A stretch of 64,000 nt of DNA. It comes from an uncultured Eubacteriales bacterium (GTDB lineage Bacteria; Bacillota; Clostridia; Christensenellales; CAG-138). This document shows positions 1 to 10,038 of this stretch, piece after piece (positions within the stretch are counted from its first letter, which is position 1; each line of letters opens with the position of its first letter). The stretch spans positions 5,955 to 69,954 of the forward strand of contig ONLX01000015.1 in the NCBI GenBank assembly GCA_900318765.1. Reading direction: 5' to 3'. The translations under genes and the position numbers were made by a program. The notes below the pieces were generated by a model that was not told the DNA's origin, ran no database searches, and saw only the letters and a list, made by a program, of their open reading frames with translations.

Positions 1-587
1 AGCCCCCGATCATGAAGGCGCTGACGACCAAGAAAGAGCGTATGATCGTCATGGAACAGCTTCGTCCGGTCTCGCAGGCGGAGAAGATCCTGTTCCCGAT
101 CGTCGTTACGATTTTTGTTTCCTTGCTCGTTCCGAGCGCAGCTCCGTTGGTTGGATGTCTGATGCTCGGCAATTTGTTCCGTGAGTGCGGCGTGACCGAA
201 CGTCTTTCCAAAACGGTGCAGAATGAATTGTGCAATATCGTTACGATTTTCCTCGGCGTCTGCGTCGGCGCAACGGCAACGGCAAATACGTTTATTAATT
301 GGACGACCATTGCGATTATCGTTCTCGGTGTCATTGCATTCATGGGCGGTACGGCCGGCGGCGTCCTGCTTGCCAAATTCATGAACCTGTTCCTTAAGAA
401 GAAGATCAATCCGTTGATCGGATCAGCAGGCGTTTCCGCCGTTCCGATGGCGGCGCGCGTAAGCCAGGTTGTCGGACAGAAGGAAAACCCGAAAAACTTT
501 CTGCTCATGCATGCTATGGGTCCGAACGTTGCCGGCGTTATCGGCTCTGCGATCGCAGCCGGTGTCTTCCTCTCTCTGTTCCGGTAA
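1..587 (+). CDS. oadB: Na+-translocating decarboxylase beta (membrane) subunit, OadB/GcdB/MmdB family; 5' end lies outside the window
   Basis: The reading frame is open to the window edge ([24 protein letters not shown]...). The product is polytopic and hydrophobic, with the C-terminal family motifs [13 protein letters not shown] and [14 protein letters not shown]. It is followed 12 nt later by a carboxyltransferase gene. Confidence 0.85.
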   Translation, partial: PPIMKALTTKKERMIVMEQLRPVSQAEKILFPIVVTIFVSLLVPSAAPLVGCLMLGNLFRECGVTERLSKTVQNELCNIVTIFLGVCVGATATANTFINWTTIAIIVLGVIAFMGGTAGGVLLAKFMNLFLKKKINPLIGSAGVSAVPMAARVSQVVGQKENPKNFLLMHAMGPNVAGVIGSAIAAGVFLSLFR

Positions 588-599
588 GGAGGTGCGTTT

Positions 600-2033
600 A
601 TGTCAAAACTGTATATTACCGATACGATTCTGCGTGACTCGCATCAGTCGCTTGCTGCGACGCGTATGCCGATCTCCGATATGCTCCCCGCATGCGAAAT
701 CCTCGATTCCATTGGTTATTGGTCGTTGGAAGTCTGGGGAGGAGCGACCTTTGACGCCTGCCTACGCTTCCTGAATGAGGATCCGTGGGAAAGACTGCGC
801 ACACTTCGCAAGCATCTTCCGAACACCAAACTGCAGATGCTGTTTCGCGGGCAAAATATCCTCGGATACAAGCATTATGCCGACGATGTTGTCGAGCAGT
901 TCTGCCGGAAAGCGATTGAAAACGGGATCGACGTCATTCGCATTTTCGACGCGTTGAACGATCCGCGCAACCTTGAGGCTGCGATTAAGTACACAAAGAA
1001 ATACGGCGGCATCTGCGAACCGGCGATTTCCTATACCACGTCCCCGGTACACAGCGAGGATTATTTCGTCAAACTGGCGAAAGAATTGGTTCAGATGGGC
1101 GCGGATACGATTTGCATCAAAGATATGGCAAACCTTCTGTTGCCGTACGATGCCTATTCGCTTGTCAAGCGGTTGAAGGCCGAAGTGGATGTTCCGATTC
1201 ATCTGCATACGCATAACACCTCCGGTACCGGTGATATGACGTACCTGATGGCAATGCAGGCCGGTGTGGATATTGTTGATACGGCGTTGTCTCCCTTCGG
1301 CAACGGTACTTCACAGCCGGCAACGGAACCGCTTGTTGCTACATTGAAAGGACAGGAACGGGATACCGGCCTCGATCTGAATGCGCTTTCGGAGGCTGCA
1401 AAGCATTTCCGCAAGGTATTCGATCGGATGAAGAAGGAAGGGCTGATTTCCGACAAATCTCTTCGTGTTGATACGAATACGCTGCTTTACCAGGTTCCGG
1501 GCGGAATGCTCTCTAACCTGATCAGTCAGCTGAAACAGGCGAACGCGGAGGATCGTTATTACGAAGTGCTCGCCGAAGTGCCGCGTGTACGGAAAGATTT
1601 CGGATATCCGCCGCTCGTTACGCCGACCAGCCAAATCGTCGGCTCTCAGGCTGTTCTGAACGTACTGATGGGGCGGTATAAGAGCTTTACGAAGGAATCC
1701 AAGGGCTTACTGCGCGGCGAGTATGGTAGACTTCCCGGCGAAGTGAATGAGGAAGTTCGCAAAAAGGCGATCGGGGATGCCGAAGTGATCACCTGCCGCC
1801 CGGCCGATCTGTTGGAACCGGAACTGGAAAAATACCGCTCTGAGATCAAAGATCGCATTCGCCAGGAAGAAGATGTTCTCAGCTATGCGCTGTTCCCGCA
1901 GGTTGCGACGAAATTCTTCGATGCGCGTGATGCAGCGGAAGCTGCTAAGAATGCGCCCGTAAAGATGCAGGAGGAAGCGGTTGACGAGAATGCCGTTCGG
2001 GAACTGTACGTTGAGGATCTGACCGTTCGATGA
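600..2033 (+). CDS. oadA: Oxaloacetate decarboxylase alpha / 5S-type carboxyltransferase subunit with no fused biotinyl domain
   Basis: AAGGAGG RBS at 586-592. The N-terminus ITDTILRDSHQSLAATRM and the HLHTHNTSGTG metal-binding motif are typical of the HMGL-like pyruvate carboxyltransferase domain. The 477 aa protein ends without a lipoyl-like domain or an (A/V)MKM biotinylation site. Confidence 0.85.
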   Translation: MSKLYITDTILRDSHQSLAATRMPISDMLPACEILDSIGYWSLEVWGGATFDACLRFLNEDPWERLRTLRKHLPNTKLQMLFRGQNILGYKHYADDVVEQFCRKAIENGIDVIRIFDALNDPRNLEAAIKYTKKYGGICEPAISYTTSPVHSEDYFVKLAKELVQMGADTICIKDMANLLLPYDAYSLVKRLKAEVDVPIHLHTHNTSGTGDMTYLMAMQAGVDIVDTALSPFGNGTSQPATEPLVATLKGQERDTGLDLNALSEAAKHFRKVFDRMKKEGLISDKSLRVDTNTLLYQVPGGMLSNLISQLKQANAEDRYYEVLAEVPRVRKDFGYPPLVTPTSQIVGSQAVLNVLMGRYKSFTKESKGLLRGEYGRLPGEVNEEVRKKAIGDAEVITCRPADLLEPELEKYRSEIKDRIRQEEDVLSYALFPQVATKFFDARDAAEAAKNAPVKMQEEAVDENAVRELYVEDLTVR

Positions 2034-2710
2034 AACAGATTCCGAACATTCTGACTTCTCTTCGTATTGTGTTGACCGGCGTATTCGTTTGGCAATTCTT
2101 CGATGCGCTTTCGACCGCGACTGACCCGTCGAATTCCGTCGGTGTTGCTGCATTCTGGATTCCGCTGATTATCTATGCCGTCGCGTTTTTGACGGATATT
2201 CTTGACGGATTTTTGGCAAGAACGTTCGGCTGGGTAACTCCGGTCGGAAAGATTCTGGATCCACTCGCGGATAAGCTGATGGGGGTAGCGGCACTGATAT
2301 GCATCCTTATCGGCAAATTCTGTCTCGAATCCCGTACAATTGCGATTCTTTATGCAGTCGTTTTCGGGTTGATCGTTCTGAAAGAGCTGCTGATGTTTAC
2401 CGGCGGCGCGATCATGTTGAAGCATCATAAGGTTGCATATGCCGATTGGTATGGAAAGATTGCAACAGGCGTATTTACCGCAGGCGTAATCTTATCTCTT
2501 CTGAGCTTCGTTCTGCCCGTGATTGAGCCGTGGAACCTGATCGTCTTGGGTATATCGGTTGTTATCTCGTATGCAGCGATGGTACATTACGCAAAAACGC
2601 AGTTGTTTGCACCCAAGTCCGATCGACCGGCGTCCGAGGACGAACAAAAACTGTTCGACCGTGTTGACCGAGTCGTTGGGAATCGCGGAAACAAGACTTT
2701 ATCGAAATAA
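2030..2710 (+). CDS. pgsA: CDP-alcohol phosphatidyltransferase (phosphatidylglycerophosphate synthase-like)
   Basis: Exact CDP-OH-P transferase signature DILDGFLAR-x8-GKILDPLAD (D-x2-DG-x2-AR-x8-G-x3-D-x3-D). Multi-TM protein. The ATGA overlap with the upstream gene suggests translational coupling. Confidence 0.85.
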   Translation: MKQIPNILTSLRIVLTGVFVWQFFDALSTATDPSNSVGVAAFWIPLIIYAVAFLTDILDGFLARTFGWVTPVGKILDPLADKLMGVAALICILIGKFCLESRTIAILYAVVFGLIVLKELLMFTGGAIMLKHHKVAYADWYGKIATGVFTAGVILSLLSFVLPVIEPWNLIVLGISVVISYAAMVHYAKTQLFAPKSDRPASEDEQKLFDRVDRVVGNRGNKTLSK

Positions 2711-2713
2711 TAC

Positions 2714-2742
2714 TTGCATTCATCGCGATTCTATGGTATAAT
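2714..2742 (+). promoter_or_regulatory. SigA-type promoter with extended -10 upstream of the rimP-nusA-infB operon
   Basis: TTGCAT (2714-2719), a 17 nt spacer, then TGgTATAAT (2734-2742). Confidence 0.55.
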
Positions 2743-2809
2743 CCGCATTGTTGGAATGTTGAACTTGAAGGAGTGGGGAAAAACCTCACTCTTTCGTTTT
2801 GAGGGAGAA

Positions 2810-3268
2810 ATGAAAACGGTAGAAATCTGCGAACAGCTTGCTGCACCTGTGATTGCCCGGATGGGCTTTGAACTTTGCGATGTCGAATTTCAGAAGGAAT
2901 ACGGGGACTGGGTTCTTACATTTTACATCGATCGGGAAGGCGGTGTCACGATTGACGACTGCGAGGCTGTGAGCCGCGCTTTGGACCCGATCCTCGATGA
3001 AGCCGATCCGATTGAACAGGAGTATGTCCTTTCCGTTTCGTCGCTCGGAATCGATCGACCGCTGAAAAAGGATCGCGATTATGAGCGCGCCATGGGGAAA
3101 GAAATGCAGGTCAGGCTGTATGCTCCCTTGGAAAAGAAGAAGGAGTGGATTGGCGAGCTGATCGGCTTCGACGCAGAGACATTTACGATCCGCACGGAAA
3201 AGGGCGAAGAACGAACGATCATGAAAAAGGATTGTGCGTTGATTCGTCCCAATATCCGTTTTGATTAA
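2810..3268 (+). CDS. rimP: Ribosome maturation factor RimP
   Basis: An internal ATG at 2810 is preceded by GAGGGAG. The sequence MKTVEICEQLAAPVIARMGFELCDVEF... matches the RimP family and sits directly upstream of nusA. The ORF-track start at 2714 lies inside the promoter. Confidence 0.88.
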   Translation: MKTVEICEQLAAPVIARMGFELCDVEFQKEYGDWVLTFYIDREGGVTIDDCEAVSRALDPILDEADPIEQEYVLSVSSLGIDRPLKKDRDYERAMGKEMQVRLYAPLEKKKEWIGELIGFDAETFTIRTEKGEERTIMKKDCALIRPNIRFD

Positions 3269-3300
3269 TTTTTTAGAAAGAATGAAGGAGTTTTTTGAAG

Positions 3301-4368
3301 ATGAATGCAGAATTTATTGATGCTTTGAATGCGCTTGAAAAAGAACGCGGTATTAAAAAAGACGTTTTGCTGAACGCTTTTGAGGCTGCACTTTGCGTTG
3401 CTTATAAGAGAAACTACAATTCCACCGGCAACGTTCGTGCCGAGATTGACGGGAACACCGGAGAGATTCATATCTGGGCATCGAAAACGGTTGTTGAAAA
3501 GGTAGAAAATCCATCGCAGGAGATTTCTCTTGCGAAGGCAAAAAAAATCAATCCGCTCTATGATCTCGGCGACGTGCTTGAAGAGGAAGCATTTACAAAA
3601 GATTTCGGCCGCATCGCAGCCCAGACGGCAAAGCAGGTCATGGTTCAGCGAATTCGTGAAGCCGAACGCGGCAACATTTACGAGGAGTACAAGGAAACCG
3701 AGAACGAGATTCTCACTGCAATCGTACAGCGCGTCGAAAAAGGGAACGCGTTTGTTGAGCTTGGCAAGACGGATGGTATCCTGACCGCGAATGAAATGAT
3801 TCCCGGTGAAACGTATGAAAACAATCAACGTCTGAAAGTGTATGTGCTGGAAGTGCGTAAGGACAATAAGGGACCGCAGGTCTCTGTATCGAGAACGCAT
3901 CCGGGTCTGGTGAAACGGTTGTTTGAACTGGAAGTTCCCGAAATCATGAGCGGCGTTGTTCAGATCAAGTCCATTGCGCGTGAGGCCGGTTTCCGCACGA
4001 AGGTATCCGTTTGGTCGAGCGATCCCCAGGTGGATGCGGTCGGCGCGTGCGTCGGTCAGCGTGGGCAGCGTGTAGAACGTATTGTCAACGAATTGTATAA
4101 CGAGAAGATCGATATCATCGAGTGGGACAGCGACAGTGCAGTCTATATTGCAAAGGCTTTGAGCCCCGCGAAGGTGCTGATGGTTTATGTCAATGATGAG
4201 GAGAAGTCGGCACGCGTAATCGTACCGGATTCGCAGCTGTCTTTGGCGATCGGCAAGGAAGGTCAGAACGCAAGGCTTGCAGCTAAGCTGACCGGTTGGA
4301 AGATCGATATCAAGAGCCAGTCGCAGGCGGACAATGCTTCCGAAGCACTCGAATCATCGGAGGAATAA
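3301..4368 (+). CDS. nusA: Transcription termination/antitermination factor NusA
   Basis: N-terminal domain (FIDALNALEKERGI), an S1 domain and two KH domains (GACVGQRGQRV, LAIGKEGQNARLAAKLTGWKIDI). ATG at 3301 follows GAAGGAG; a TTG at 3295 is an alternative start. Confidence 0.95.
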   Translation: MNAEFIDALNALEKERGIKKDVLLNAFEAALCVAYKRNYNSTGNVRAEIDGNTGEIHIWASKTVVEKVENPSQEISLAKAKKINPLYDLGDVLEEEAFTKDFGRIAAQTAKQVMVQRIREAERGNIYEEYKETENEILTAIVQRVEKGNAFVELGKTDGILTANEMIPGETYENNQRLKVYVLEVRKDNKGPQVSVSRTHPGLVKRLFELEVPEIMSGVVQIKSIAREAGFRTKVSVWSSDPQVDAVGACVGQRGQRVERIVNELYNEKIDIIEWDSDSAVYIAKALSPAKVLMVYVNDEEKSARVIVPDSQLSLAIGKEGQNARLAAKLTGWKIDIKSQSQADNASEALESSEE

Positions 4369-4369
4369 C

Positions 4370-4645
4370 GTGCTGAAAAAAATACCGATGCGGATGTGTG
4401 TTGCGTGCAGGCAATCCTATCCGAAAACGGAGCTTTTGCGCGTTGTGCGAACCGAGGAGGAGAACATTGTAATCGATCGTACCGGGAAGCGCAACGGACG
4501 CGGCGCATACATCTGTGCGAAAACGGCGTGCTTTGAAAAGGCGTTGAAATCTCATGCAATTGATCGTGCGCTGCACGTAACGCTCGATGAAACGATCTGT
4601 TCTCAGCTTGCGGAGGATGTGAAACGTGCAGAACAAACTGTATAA
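4370..4645 (+). CDS. ylxR: YlxR/DUF448 RNA-binding protein
   Basis: The RMCVACRQSYPKTELLRVV and GRGAYIC motifs are typical of YlxR, and the gene has the conserved position between nusA and infB. A GTG start at 4370 lies just after the nusA stop. Confidence 0.85.
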   Translation: MLKKIPMRMCVACRQSYPKTELLRVVRTEEENIVIDRTGKRNGRGAYICAKTACFEKALKSHAIDRALHVTLDETICSQLAEDVKRAEQTV

Positions 4646-4922
4646 CGCGATCGGGCTTTGTATGAAGGCCGGAAAAGCACAGAGCGGCGCGTTCTCTGTT
4701 GAAAAAGCGATTCAATCGAATCGGGCAAAACTGGTTCTGGTGGAACATTCCGCATCCGAGGCAACAAAATCGCAGTATATCGCGATGTGTAAGCATCATC
4801 AGATTCCGATCTCCTTTGTCGACTGCGTCGGAGAAGCGATCGGAAAACCGGGGAGAGTTGCGATGGCGGTTTTGGATGAACCGTTTCGAACAATGATAGA
4901 AGGGCTTTTGTCCCAAGAGTAA
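4626..4922 (+). CDS. ylxQ: L7Ae/L30e-family RNA-binding protein (YlxQ-like)
   Basis: [13 protein letters not shown] ... [11 protein letters not shown] matches the L7Ae-like family, in the conserved position upstream of infB. The GTG start overlaps the end of ylxR. Confidence 0.82.
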   Translation: MQNKLYNAIGLCMKAGKAQSGAFSVEKAIQSNRAKLVLVEHSASEATKSQYIAMCKHHQIPISFVDCVGEAIGKPGRVAMAVLDEPFRTMIEGLLSQE

Positions 4923-4938
4923 CAGCGGGGGTACAAGA

Positions 4939-7395
4939 ATGGCGAATTATCTTGAAACTGCAAAACAATTAAAGGAAGATCTTCAGATGCTTCTGTCGTC
5001 TGTTGAGTCCACGAAGGCATCTTTGGGGAAGTTGCTGGATTCGGCGCGTCGGAACGAAGGGAAGTTGATCGACATAGAAGAAGCCCAAAAGGCAGCAAAA
5101 CTGGAGCAGGAGCGGAAAGAGCGTCTTGCTTCGATCCTTGCGAGCGAAAGCGATCTTGCCGTGCACGTCGGCGGAACCGAGGAACCGGAGCCTGTCGCTG
5201 TGCAGCAAGCGGAAGCATCGGAACACGTTCGCGAAGAACCACTCCCCAAAGCGGTTCCGGCACGTACAGAGACGAATGATCGTTCTCAGCGAAATCAGCA
5301 GGAACGGCCGCCGCGCCAGGACAATCGTCCGCAGCGGCAGGAAAACCGTGCGCCGCAGGCCGGCAACCGTCCGCAGCCGAATCGCAATCAGAGCGCGCAG
5401 ACGCAGCAAGGCTCGCGAGCGGTTGTAATCAATACGCCGACTTCTTCGGATCGTGCGCGTACGGACAAAAAGAAGAATTACGACACACAGGACAAGAAGG
5501 CGAAAAATAAAAAGACTATGCAAAAAGAAGCCGGACCGTCCGCTCGCGGATGGGAAGACGATACGCAGATGGGCAATCGCCGCAAAGTTCGTCGCGGTTC
5601 GCAGGAGGTTTCGTCGCCGAAGCCCGCTCCGATTGTGATCGAGCATGCCGTAATCAACGGGGAGACCATTACGGTGAAGGATCTGTCCGAGAAGCTCGGC
5701 AAACCTGCCAATGAGCTGCTGAAGAAGCTGCTGATGCTTGGCATCATTGCAAATATCAATCAGGAAATCGACTTTGATACCTGTGAGCTGATCGCCGGAG
5801 AATTTGGCATCACCCTTGAAAAACAAGTTGCCAAAACGATGGAAGAGACCCTGCTCGAAGCCGCAGAAGATGCTGATCCCGAGGATAAGCTTAAGCCTCG
5901 TCCTCCGGTCGTTACGATCATGGGCCACGTCGACCACGGTAAGACGTCGCTGCTTGACGCGATTCGGAATTCTCATGTGACCGCGGGCGAAGCGGGCGGT
6001 ATCACGCAGCATATCGGCGCGTATACGGTCACGCTGAACGATCGTCAGATCACGTTTATCGATACGCCCGGCCATGAAGCGTTTACGGCGATGCGCGCAC
6101 GCGGCGCTCAGGTTACGGATATCGTTATTTTGGTTGTTGCCGCGGATGACGGAATTATGCCGCAGACGGTGGAAGCCATCAATCATGCGAAGGCAGCGGG
6201 CGTTCCGATTGTTGTTGCGATCAATAAGATCGACCGTGATACGGCCGATCCGGAGCGGGTGAAACAGCAGCTGACCGAGCATGGACTCGTTTCGGAAGAA
6301 TGGGGCGGTGACACAATCTGCGTTCCGGTTTCCGCAAAGAAACAGATCAATCTGGACACCCTATTGGAGATGGTACTGCTCCAGGCGGATGTTCTCGAGC
6401 TTCGCGCCAATCCGGACCGCCTTGCGAAAGGAACGATTATCGAAGCGGAGCTTGATAAAGCAAGAGGCCCGGTAGCTACGGTTTTGGTTCAGAACGGTAC
6501 GCTGCATAAGGGCGATACAATCGTGGCTGGTACGGCTTATGGCAGAGTTCGCGCAATGATGGACGATAAGGGCCGCGTTGTGAATGCTGCGGGACCTTCT
6601 ACCCCTGTGGAAGTACTCGGCTTTAACGAAGTTCCGGATGCGGGCGATATGCTCTTTGCGGCAGACGATGACAAGCTCAACCGTCAGGTAGCGGAAGAAC
6701 GGCGTGATCGGATCAAGGCAGCGCAAATTAAGCAGCAGCAGAAAGTGTCGCTGGACGATTTGTTCAGTCAGATGGCCGAAGGCGAGCTGAAGACACTGAA
6801 CCTGATCATTAAAGCGGATGTGACCGGCTCGGTGGAAGCGGTCAAACAGGCGCTTGAAAAGCTTTCCAACGACGAAGTACGCGTTCGTTGCATTCACAGC
6901 GGCGTCGGCGCAATTACGGGAAGCGATATTATGTTCGCATCTGCTTCCAACGCGATCGTCATCGGGTTTAACGTTCGTCCGGATTCGACCGCACGCACAA
7001 CGGCCGAGAAGGAGAAGGTGGATGTACGCACCTACCGCGTGATTTACAATGCGATTGAAGACGTTGAGAACGCGATGAAGGGCATGTTCAAGCCGGTTTA
7101 TCAGGAAGTGGATCTCGGTCGCTGCACGGTTCGGGAAACCTTCCGCATCTCCGGCGTCGGAACGATTGCCGGTGCCTATGTCAATGAAGGCAAGGTCGTT
7201 CGCAATGCGCAGATCCGCGTTGTTCGCGGCGGTATCGTTCTGCACGACGGCAAGATTGCTTCTTTGAAGCGGTTTAAAGACGATGCAAGAGAAGTGCTTG
7301 CCGGGTATGAATGCGGTATTTCCATTGAGAATTTCAACGATATTCTTGTGGATGACGTGATTGAATGCTATACGGTGGAGGAAGTTCAGCGGTAA
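4939..7395 (+). CDS. infB: Translation initiation factor IF-2
   Basis: GTPase motifs [20 protein letters not shown] and NKID, followed by the conserved C-terminal domains. The N-terminal region is variable and rich in R/Q/N/P. Confidence 0.97.
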   Translation: MANYLETAKQLKEDLQMLLSSVESTKASLGKLLDSARRNEGKLIDIEEAQKAAKLEQERKERLASILASESDLAVHVGGTEEPEPVAVQQAEASEHVREEPLPKAVPARTETNDRSQRNQQERPPRQDNRPQRQENRAPQAGNRPQPNRNQSAQTQQGSRAVVINTPTSSDRARTDKKKNYDTQDKKAKNKKTMQKEAGPSARGWEDDTQMGNRRKVRRGSQEVSSPKPAPIVIEHAVINGETITVKDLSEKLGKPANELLKKLLMLGIIANINQEIDFDTCELIAGEFGITLEKQVAKTMEETLLEAAEDADPEDKLKPRPPVVTIMGHVDHGKTSLLDAIRNSHVTAGEAGGITQHIGAYTVTLNDRQITFIDTPGHEAFTAMRARGAQVTDIVILVVAADDGIMPQTVEAINHAKAAGVPIVVAINKIDRDTADPERVKQQLTEHGLVSEEWGGDTICVPVSAKKQINLDTLLEMVLLQADVLELRANPDRLAKGTIIEAELDKARGPVATVLVQNGTLHKGDTIVAGTAYGRVRAMMDDKGRVVNAAGPSTPVEVLGFNEVPDAGDMLFAADDDKLNRQVAEERRDRIKAAQIKQQQKVSLDDLFSQMAEGELKTLNLIIKADVTGSVEAVKQALEKLSNDEVRVRCIHSGVGAITGSDIMFASASNAIVIGFNVRPDSTARTTAEKEKVDVRTYRVIYNAIEDVENAMKGMFKPVYQEVDLGRCTVRETFRISGVGTIAGAYVNEGKVVRNAQIRVVRGGIVLHDGKIASLKRFKDDAREVLAGYECGISIENFNDILVDDVIECYTVEEVQR

Positions 7396-7766
7396 TGGCC
7401 AAGGTCAGAATGGAACGACTCAGCGAAGAGCTGAAAAAAACGGTCAGCGCGGTGATTTTCGATATGAAGGATCCGCGGATACCGGTCGTCACTTCGATTA
7501 CGGCAATGGAAGTAACGCCCGATCTGAAGTATGCCAAAGCGCATGTATCCATCTACGGAGAGGATGCGAATGCGACAAAAGAAGCAGTCGCCGCATTGAA
7601 TCATGCGGCAGGCTTCATTCAGCATGAGGTTGGCAATCGCATGACCATCCGGCGCGTCCCGCAGATCAAATTCGTCGGAGACGATTCGATCGCATATTCG
7701 GTTCATATCTCCGAAGTTCTGCGCTCCCTTCATAAAGATGCATCGAACGAGGAGCCTCAAGAATGA
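7395..7766 (+). CDS. rbfA: Ribosome-binding factor A
   Basis: [22 protein letters not shown]... matches the RbfA family. The TAATG overlap with the infB stop fixes the start at 7395. Confidence 0.92.
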   Translation: MAKVRMERLSEELKKTVSAVIFDMKDPRIPVVTSITAMEVTPDLKYAKAHVSIYGEDANATKEAVAALNHAAGFIQHEVGNRMTIRRVPQIKFVGDDSIAYSVHISEVLRSLHKDASNEEPQE

Positions 7767-8740
7767 ACCTTGCATGCGCTAAACAGTTCTTTGAATCGCA
7801 TAACGATTTTGTATTGGCAGCCCATCGTTCACCGGACGGTGATACGTTGGGCTCTTGCCTTGCATTGAGTCGCGCTTTGCAATCCCTTGGAAAACACGCG
7901 ATTGTTGCCTGTGTTGATGCAGTACCCAAGTATTTACGCTTTTTGTCCGGAAGCGATACGGTCGTTTCATCCGTTTCAAAGATTCCGGAAGCTGCCGTTT
8001 ACATCGATTGCGGCGATCATTCCCGCGCAGATGCTTTAGAACCGTTTCTGGAGCAATGTGCGTTTCGTTTCTGCATCGATCATCACGGAACGAACCCGAA
8101 GAATACCAAGGACGGAGACTGGGTCGAAGAAGTCGGTGCAACAGGGGAATTGATCTATCGGCTGTTGACGAAGATGCAGATTCCGATTGACCGTGAGATT
8201 GCCGTTTGTTTGTTCACTGCGATCGCGACCGATACCGGCAATTTTTCGTATTCCAACACTACATCGGATACCTTTCGGATCGCAGGAGAACTTTTGCAAT
8301 ACGGCATCGACCTTCCCGAACTGAATCGAATTCTGTTTCGTACAGTGCCTTTGAACAAGGGAAAACTGATCGCATACACGTTGGAGAACGTTACCCTTGC
8401 CGAGGAGAATTCCGTCGGGATTGTTTGTCTCAATCGGGATACGCTTGCTCGGTTTTCTGCAGAGGAATCCGATTGTGAAGGATTGATCGATTACGTTCGC
8501 GATCTTGCTCCCGTGGAAATCGCATGTACCCTGCGGGAATCGTCGGACGGAAAGATTCGCGGAAGTCTTCGGTCCAAATGGGGGGCAGACGTCTCGGAAA
8601 TTGCCACGCAATTCGGCGGTGGCGGACATTCGCGTGCAGCCGGATTCACGCTCTGCGTCCCTATGGAGAAAGCGAAAGAGCTCGTTCTATGTAAAATGGT
8701 GGAAGCGGTGAGAAAATGGAAGGCATCGTTGCAGTCTTAA
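7763..8740 (+). CDS. nrnA: DHH/DHHA1 phosphoesterase (NrnA-like oligoribonuclease / pAp phosphatase)
   Basis: Motifs HRSPDGDTLGS, DHH (CIDHHGTN) and DHHA1 GGGGHSRAAG. ATGA overlap with rbfA. Confidence 0.88.
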   Translation: MNLACAKQFFESHNDFVLAAHRSPDGDTLGSCLALSRALQSLGKHAIVACVDAVPKYLRFLSGSDTVVSSVSKIPEAAVYIDCGDHSRADALEPFLEQCAFRFCIDHHGTNPKNTKDGDWVEEVGATGELIYRLLTKMQIPIDREIAVCLFTAIATDTGNFSYSNTTSDTFRIAGELLQYGIDLPELNRILFRTVPLNKGKLIAYTLENVTLAEENSVGIVCLNRDTLARFSAEESDCEGLIDYVRDLAPVEIACTLRESSDGKIRGSLRSKWGADVSEIATQFGGGGHSRAAGFTLCVPMEKAKELVLCKMVEAVRKWKASLQS

Positions 8741-9603
8741 AACCACCTGCCATGTCGTCAAACGATGTTGTGGTGGATATTCGAAAGCTTTTCGGCATAA
8801 AGCGCGTCGGTCATCTCGGGACTTTGGACCCGGAGGCGGCCGGCGTTTTGCCGGTATGCGTCGGCAGAGCCGTCCGATTGTTTGATTATCTCGTTGACAA
8901 ACAAAAGGAATACCTTGCCGAAATTTCATTTGGCATTGCAACCAACACACAGGATGCACAGGGAACCGTTACGGAGCGCTGCGATACAATCATCCGAAGC
9001 GAACAGCTGACCGCTGTGCTTTCTCAATTTCTGGGATCCGGAGAACAGATCGCGCCGATGTATTCGGCTTTGAAGTACAATGGAAAAAAGTTGTATGACC
9101 TTGCGCGCAGCGGAACGGAAATTCCGGAGAAACGACGCGAGATTGTGATTGATTCGATTCAACTGATTGCGCAAACCGCGCCAAATCGGTTTCTGATTCG
9201 TGTGAAATGCTCGCGCGGAACCTATATCCGCACGCTTTGCGCCGATATCGGGTCTGCCCTGAATGTTCCGTCCCATATGTCATTTTTGCTTCGGACTTCC
9301 TCCGGACCGTTTGATCTGAATCGGTCCTTCACGATCCCGGAACTCTATCGACTGAAAGAAGCAAATCGGCTTTCCGATTCGCTGACTTCCTGCGAAGATG
9401 CACTGCAATTCATGCCGGCTTGCGTGCTGCACCCAGATCGGTTGCGTCCTTCGCTGAATGGATTGGAAACGAATCTGAACCGTCCCGTCCGTGGGTTTGT
9501 CCGACTTTATGCCGCCGATCGATTCCTCGGTATCGGCAGATCAAGCGAAGGATCGGTAAAACTGATTGTAAACTTATTAGAAAACGATTCGGATTTTCGA
9601 TAA
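8716..9603 (+). CDS. truB: tRNA pseudouridine-55 synthase TruB
   Basis: KPPAMSSNDVV and the catalytic-Asp motif GHLGTLDPEAAGVLPV. Conserved position after rbfA and nrnA. Confidence 0.93.
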   Translation: MEGIVAVLKPPAMSSNDVVVDIRKLFGIKRVGHLGTLDPEAAGVLPVCVGRAVRLFDYLVDKQKEYLAEISFGIATNTQDAQGTVTERCDTIIRSEQLTAVLSQFLGSGEQIAPMYSALKYNGKKLYDLARSGTEIPEKRREIVIDSIQLIAQTAPNRFLIRVKCSRGTYIRTLCADIGSALNVPSHMSFLLRTSSGPFDLNRSFTIPELYRLKEANRLSDSLTSCEDALQFMPACVLHPDRLRPSLNGLETNLNRPVRGFVRLYAADRFLGIGRSSEGSVKLIVNLLENDSDFR

Positions 9604-9610
9604 ATAGTGC

Positions 9611-9638
9611 TTGACATTTTCGTCTTTTTTTGTATAAT
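9611..9638 (+). promoter_or_regulatory. Consensus SigA promoter upstream of ylxM-ffh
   Basis: TTGACA (9611-9616), a 16 nt spacer, then TATAAT (9633-9638). Confidence 0.55.
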
Positions 9639-9681
9639 GAAACAAGTGTAAAGGAAAAATACTTTACACCTGTGAGGAACT

Positions 9682-10038
9682 ATGGATCGCATTATAGAAC
9701 TGGGCAATCTGTTGGATATGTACGGCGCGCTCTTGACCGATCGGCAGCGGAGCGTCGTCGACCAGTATGCAAATGAGAACTGTTCTCTTGCGGAGATTGC
9801 CGAGCGCGAGAATATCTCACGTCAGGCGGTCCGTGATCTGCTGATGCGCGCAGAGCATACGCTGAAGGATCATGAGTCCAAGCTGCATCTGCTTGAGAAG
9901 GCAATGCGCCATCGCAGCATTCTGAACGCGATGGAACGTCGGTTTCACGATGTGGAGCTGAATCCTGCCGATCGCGATGCTTTTGACGGATATCTTGTGA
10001 CTTTGAACGAGATCTGGGAGGATACATATGGCATTTGA
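9682..10038 (+). CDS. ylxM: YlxM/UPF0122 helix-turn-helix protein (sigma-70 region 4-like)
   Basis: LLDMYGALLTDRQRSVVDQYANENCSLAEIAERENISRQAVRD is typical of YlxM. The gene lies immediately upstream of ffh and overlaps it. Confidence 0.88.
   Translation: MDRIIELGNLLDMYGALLTDRQRSVVDQYANENCSLAEIAERENISRQAVRDLLMRAEHTLKDHESKLHLLEKAMRHRSILNAMERRFHDVELNPADRDAFDGYLVTLNEIWEDTYGI

Noticed and set aside
1950-2033. The VKM tripeptide near the C-terminus of the carboxyltransferase, as a possible biotinylation site.
   Set aside because: It is not embedded in a ~70 aa lipoyl-like domain or an E-(A/V)-M-K-M context. The protein simply ends about 30 residues later.
5270-5480. A degenerate R/Q/N/P-rich repeat region in the IF-2 N-terminus ([34 protein letters not shown]).
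   Set aside because: Variable low-complexity N-terminal regions are a normal feature of bacterial IF-2, and nothing suggests a separate element.
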